DNA of 64,000 bases from an uncultured delta proteobacterium (GTDB lineage Bacteria > Desulfobacterota > RBG-13-43-22). The stretch's first letter is position 1; each line of letters starts with the position of its first letter. A program made the translations under genes and the position numbers. Location of the stretch: positions 544,001-608,000 of the forward strand of contig CAWJJC010000028.1 in the NCBI GenBank assembly GCA_963843145.1, given 5' to 3'. This document shows, one piece after another, positions 59,175-64,000 of this stretch. The notes beneath the pieces were generated by a model, which had not been told where the DNA came from, ran no database searches, and was given only the letters and a program-made list of their open reading frames with translations.

Positions 59175-59443
59175 ATTTTATCCCCCCGGCCCCCTTATCG
59201 CCAGCGGCACTCACGCCCCCCGGATTAAAACTTTTCCGTGTGACGTGAGAGCCGCAGGCTGGGGGAGTTGTGGAAGAGCCCCCGGGATTTACTTCCCCCT
59301 CCGCCCGCCTTACTGATCTTCGACGACGGGTGAAGAAAACCCCGAGGGCTTATTATTTAAGATTTTACCCCCCCGGCCCCCCAAATCGGCCAACGGCACT
59401 CACGCCCCACTTTTAAATACTTCTACGTGTGACGTCAGAGCCG
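59175..59443. repeat. Two imperfect ~80-bp direct repeats, each folding into a hairpin
   Basis: 59175-59254 and 59362-59443: ATTTTA-Cn-GGCCCC...CGGCACTCACGCCCC...CGTGTGACGT.AGAGCCG. Confidence 0.75.
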
Positions 59444-60964
59444 ATGGCCCCGGGGGGAGAAAAACAACGGGCGGTTGGGCCGTTATTTGGGACTTTCCTC
59501 CGCTCCCCTCGCAAATACAAAAGCCGGCCTCGGTTCGCTTCGGTAAGGCACAAATAACGGCCTATATTTTAAAGGCATTTGACCCCCTCAATTTCCCCCA
59601 GGGGATGCCCAAGGTACTGCCGGGCGTTCGAGACTGCCGGTGGTCATGCCAGGCGGGGGGCTTAGTTTGGAGGGGGCAGACGCAAACGTCCGGCTGTCAA
59701 AAACCATTTATTTATTTTTCTTGGCTGGTTATAGTCCGTGGTTTTTAACCAACTGTCCGGCAGGTTGGGGGTTTCTTCGCTCGCCTCGGTCATGGCCCTT
59801 GCATTGGTTATGGCGGGCAAGGCCCACGCCCTCGGCTCGCTTAAGCGGTGGTCTGCTTTGATGTTTCTCTGAACCCGCCCCTTCGCCCCGGTACCCCCCG
59901 CCTGCAATTATATGACCACAATCGGGCCGAGCGTTTCCTATGCCCCAACACCCCCTTTACCTTCCCCTCCGCCAGTCGCTTCGGTTCCCTTTCCGGCCGT
60001 CATGGCCTTTGCATTAAGGCTCTTTGCAAAGTCCCCGCCTGCCTCCAAGGATCACCGGCTTCTTGGCGGGTTAAGGTATTGCCAACCTCAAATTTTATTA
60101 GGGGGGCAAGGAAACTCCATCTTTCCGCCTATGGCCGGCGGAAGCGGCCCTTGCCTTCGGCATTGGTCATGATTGGCCTTGCGGCGTCTGCTTCCGCCAT
60201 AAGGCCAAAAGTTGCAGGCCCCTTTTAAAATCGGTATTAAAATATTTCTAAAACATTATTTAGGCCCCCGCCCCGGCGCCGCATTTATTTAAGGCCTTGT
60301 TATTGCCCTCCCGTCCGCCCCCGGGGCTCCCCCTTTTCGGTTGCGTCAGCGTGGCACTGTTAGATTGAAAGCTCGTCGGCCTTTTTAGGATCGAGGCCTC
60401 GCAGTTTCTGGACGGCTTCCACGGCGGCTGGCCGTTCATTTGCCGATTGAATATCAGACCGCTTCATCTTAATCAAAAATAAACCCAGGCCCAGCCTTCC
60501 CAGGTTCCCTCAGGTTCGACGTTCTATTCGGACCACCGGTCTGACGCCTGGTGAAGTACCGAGCATACCAGGCCGGTATTTTGTCCCGACGAAAAAGGAG
60601 AGGGCCAAGATCAAATGGTTTATCGATAAGTTAGGCGAGGAGGAAGAACCCTGGGTGAAGGATATGGTGGGGTTGGCCAAGGCTGTCTTGGAGGGGGTGC
60701 AGTGATCGGTAGATGCCGAGTGTCCAGGAGACGACCTCTTCCTGAACTGTTGTTTGTGAATATTGGACTCGCTATGCATGAGTTCTAACGAGAATCGTTG
60801 ACGGATACTCCCAATTCTCCACCTTTCTTAGGACAAATTTCCCTATTTTCTTATCACAAAAAGGTGTATAGTTCTGGTCATTACCAAGCCAGATTAATTA
60901 AATAACCTATCTTCCAGTTTCACCGCCGCAACCTTAGGGAGGCAGTATGATGGAGGAATTTCGG

Positions 60965-60999
60965 AAACCCCATTTCTCGGATGAGAGATGGGGTTTTTT
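60965..60999 (+). terminator. Terminator-like hairpin directly upstream of the cyclase gene
   Basis: AAACCCCATTTCTC-ggat-GAGAGATGGGGTTT followed by TTT. Confidence 0.65.
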
Positions 61000-61013
61000 A
61001 TTGGGGGTATGCG

Positions 61014-64000
61014 ATGATTTGTCCCAAGTGTCTGTTTGAAAACCGGGAAGGTGTGAAGTTCTGTGAAGAATGCGGGGCAAAGATGGAATTGAGATGCCCT
61101 GGTTGCGGAGCCAAAATCCCATTGGGTAAGAAATTCTGTGGGGAATGCGGCTATCAATTAACTCTGTCGCTGGAGCCCTCTCCGGTGGATTTCTCCGCCC
61201 CCCGATCCTACACCCCCAAGCATCTGGCCGAAAAAATCCTGACCCATCGCAGCTCTATCGAGGGCGAGCGAAAAATCGTTACCGTCATGTTCGCTGATGT
61301 GGCCGAGTTCACTTCTATGTCCGAGAGGCTGGACCCGGAGGACGTTCACCGGATCATGGACGGGTGCTGCCGGATACTGGTCGATGAAATCCACCGCTTT
61401 GAGGGCACAGTCGGCGAATTCCGGGGCGACGGGGTGATGGCCCTGTTTGGGGCGCCCATCGCCCACGAAGATCATTCCCAGCGGGCCTGCCATGCCGCTT
61501 TGGCCATTCAGCAGGCCTTGGTCGCCTATGGTGAGGAAATTAAACAACGTTATGGGATCGATTTCAAAATGCGCATCGGGCTCAACTCCGGCACCGTGGT
61601 GGTGGGGAGTATCGGGGATGATCTGCGGATGGACTACACGGCCATGGGCGATACAACCAATCTGGCCGCCCGGATGGAAAGCAATGCCCAACCCGGCAGC
61701 ACATTGGTGTCCCAGAACATCTACCGACAGACCAAAGAGTTTTTTGAATTCCAGCCCTTGGGGGAGATTCAGATCAAGGGGAAGGAAGAGCCGGTCGAGG
61801 CCTACCAACTCCTAAGGCCCACCCAGGTGCAAACCAGAATCGCCGCTTCCACGGCCAAAGGGTTGACCCGGTTCGTGGGCCGCGACCGGGAGATCGAAAC
61901 GCTCCGGGAGACCTTCGCCAAGGTGGAGTCAGGAGAGGGCCAGGTCATCGGCCTGGTGGGGGAAGCCGGGGTCGGGAAATCGAGACTGCTGCTGGAGTTC
62001 CGGAGTCTTTTACCCCAGGGTGAATATGCCTATCTGGAAGGGCAATGCCTGCACTACGGGGGGTCGATGCCCTATCTGCCCATTTTGGACGTCCTTCGTT
62101 CCTTCCTCGGCGTCAAAGAAGGGGAGCCGGAGCGGGTCATCCGGAACAGGCTAAAGGAAAGGATCCTTGGAATGGACGAGAATCTGCGGCCGATCATTCC
62201 GCCACTCCAGGAACTCTTGTCCCTGCCGGTCGGGGATGAAGTCTATAATAAGCTGGAGCCGAAGCAGAAAAGAGAGAAGACCTTTGAGGCCCTTCGGGAC
62301 CTGCTGATTCGCGGCACCCGGGATCGGCCGCTGGTCCTGGCCGTGGAAGACCTGCAATGGATCGACAAGACCTCGGAGGAATTCCTTACCTACATGATCG
62401 GTTGGCTCCCCCGGACCCGCATTCTCCTCTTACTCCTCTACCGGCCGGAATACGTCCATCAGTGGGGGAGCAAATCCTATTACAGCCTGATCGGGGTGGG
62501 GCAACTCTCCACCGGCACCAGCGCGGAACTGGTGGGAGCGATCCTGGAGGGGGGCGAGGTGGTGTCCGAGTTGAAGGAATTGATCCTCAACCGGGCCGCC
62601 GGAAACCCGCTGTTCATGGAGGAGTTGACCCAGTCCTTGCTGCAAAACGGCTCCATCCGGAAAACGGGCGATCGGTTTGTCCTGACCCGGGATATCGCCA
62701 GTGCCCAGGTCCCGGACACGGTCCAGGGGATCATCGCCGCCCGTATGGACCGGCTGGAGGACAGCCTCAAGCGGATCATGCAGGTGGCGGCGGTGATCGG
62801 GCGGGAGTTTGCCTTTCGCATTCTGGAGACGATCACCGAGATGAAGGAGAACCTCAAATCAGGCCTGGTAAACCTCCAGGGGCTGGAATTCATCTACGAG
62901 AAGAGCCTTTTCCCCGATTTGGAGTACATCTTCCGGCACGCCCTGGTCCAGGAGGTCGCCTACAACAGCCTGCTCATCAACCGGAGAAAGGAGATTCACG
63001 AGAAGATCGGCCGGGCCATCGAACAACTCTATCCCGCCAGACTGGAAGAATTTTGCGAGATGCTGGCCTATCACTATTCGAAGAGCGTAAACCTGTCTAA
63101 AGCCTATGAATACCTCAAGCAGGCAGCCGGGAAAGCCTTCCGAAAAGACGCCCTGTTTGAGAGCCTCCGGCTTTATAAGGAAGCTATGAAAGCAATCTTA
63201 AAGCTGCCCCCAACCGAGGAGAACAGGAAAGAACAGATAGCGCTTGTTCTGACGATGAGTCCTCCCATGAGCAGGATAGGTTATACCGAGGATTATCTCC
63301 CTTGGCTTCAAAAAGCCGAAGCCCTGGCCGAAGAGCTGGAAGACGACAGGAGCAGACTATCCATACGAAGCCTATTGGGGGGGTATTATATTCTCAAAGG
63401 AGGCAATTCAAAACTCGGCTGGGAATACTTAGAGAGTTGCGGCGAAAACCCGGAATTGATCCAGGATAATGAATTCCTGGTCTCCAATGGTTATGACCTT
63501 TGTTCTTTCTCTTTTATTCTTTTCGATTACCAAAGGGTCGGCCGGATTGCCCCGACGATCATTGGCTTGATTGAAAACTCCCAAACGCAAGCCGAATTTT
63601 ATGAAAAGCCTTTCAACCCCTATTCGCAAATTCTCGCGTTTTGGGGTTTCGCTACAGGATTTTTGGGCCATTTAGATAAGGCGGAAAGATTGCTGGAGAA
63701 GGCCTTATCCTTTGTCGAGGAAATCAATCATCGAGCTACCTTAGGTTTAGTACAATGTCTTTATGGCATTTTGCTGGCATTCAAGGGAGACGGGCTTAGT
63801 ACGATCAGGATGATAAAGAAAGCGATCAAAGATCTCGAAGAATCGCAGACCATGCTCTTCGGAGGACAAGCCTGGACCTGGCTGGGATACGGTCATTGGT
63901 TGATAGGGGACTACGGGACTGCCCTTGAGTTCGCCGAAAAGGGGCTCAAAATACATACCGATCTGGGCCTGCCCTTCAGTCTATCGGTATGTCATTGGTT
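61014..64000 (+). CDS. Double zinc ribbon / class III adenylate-guanylate cyclase / AAA (STAND-like) ATPase / TPR protein, runs off the window
   Basis: Manual translation: MICPKC...KFCEECG..C..CG...KFCGECG; ERKIVTVMFADV, GDGVMALFGAP, GDTTNLAAR; GEAGVGKSRL; AGNPLFMEE; FRHALVQEVAY. Confidence 0.9.
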   Translation, partial: MICPKCLFENREGVKFCEECGAKMELRCPGCGAKIPLGKKFCGECGYQLTLSLEPSPVDFSAPRSYTPKHLAEKILTHRSSIEGERKIVTVMFADVAEFTSMSERLDPEDVHRIMDGCCRILVDEIHRFEGTVGEFRGDGVMALFGAPIAHEDHSQRACHAALAIQQALVAYGEEIKQRYGIDFKMRIGLNSGTVVVGSIGDDLRMDYTAMGDTTNLAARMESNAQPGSTLVSQNIYRQTKEFFEFQPLGEIQIKGKEEPVEAYQLLRPTQVQTRIAASTAKGLTRFVGRDREIETLRETFAKVESGEGQVIGLVGEAGVGKSRLLLEFRSLLPQGEYAYLEGQCLHYGGSMPYLPILDVLRSFLGVKEGEPERVIRNRLKERILGMDENLRPIIPPLQELLSLPVGDEVYNKLEPKQKREKTFEALRDLLIRGTRDRPLVLAVEDLQWIDKTSEEFLTYMIGWLPRTRILLLLLYRPEYVHQWGSKSYYSLIGVGQLSTGTSAELVGAILEGGEVVSELKELILNRAAGNPLFMEELTQSLLQNGSIRKTGDRFVLTRDIASAQVPDTVQGIIAARMDRLEDSLKRIMQVAAVIGREFAFRILETITEMKENLKSGLVNLQGLEFIYEKSLFPDLEYIFRHALVQEVAYNSLLINRRKEIHEKIGRAIEQLYPARLEEFCEMLAYHYSKSVNLSKAYEYLKQAAGKAFRKDALFESLRLYKEAMKAILKLPPTEENRKEQIALVLTMSPPMSRIGYTEDYLPWLQKAEALAEELEDDRSRLSIRSLLGGYYILKGGNSKLGWEYLESCGENPELIQDNEFLVSNGYDLCSFSFILFDYQRVGRIAPTIIGLIENSQTQAEFYEKPFNPYSQILAFWGFATGFLGHLDKAERLLEKALSFVEEINHRATLGLVQCLYGILLAFKGDGLSTIRMIKKAIKDLEESQTMLFGGQAWTWLGYGHWLIGDYGTALEFAEKGLKIHTDLGLPFSLSVCHW

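Noticed and set aside
59640-60228. Short ORFs in the 59.6-60.2 kb region as genes
   Set aside because: No recognisable motifs or convincing RBS; may be decayed sequence, so not called

Overview
GC-rich bacterial chromosomal window whose gene content and style suggest an anaerobic Desulfobacterota/deltaproteobacterium (inference). From left to right: (1) an aromatic-acid module with a TRAP transporter, a DhbE-like aryl-acid ligase, a 4-hydroxybenzoyl-CoA-reductase-like Mo enzyme and an IclR regulator; (2) adenine deaminase running in frame into an inserted vapBC, then a DUF362 protein; (3) a plastic region (~13.3-22.9 kb) with toxin-antitoxin modules, an IS630 remnant, nested palindromic repeats and two divergent, convergently oriented four-gene minor-pilin cassettes; (4) an MSHA-like type IV pilus machinery operon; (5) a nested element in which a REP-flanked GIY-YIG nuclease lies inside IS4/IS186-like ends with an 11-bp target duplication, itself inserted in a GTAG-type REP; (6) pilT/pilU, folD, a pan-motif-like leader, panB and panE; (7) a GAF-PAS-LuxR regulator and a Liv-type ABC/acyl-CoA ligase cluster; (8) rpoH, a TPR protein, mog, an EF-G paralog and tRNA-fMet; (9) an island-like stretch with structured repeats and a truncated zinc-ribbon/cyclase/AAA/TPR gene. 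Many single-base frameshifts (hcrA-like gene, pilin cassettes, secretin) may be assembly errors. All calls come from reading motifs by eye; no database search was run.
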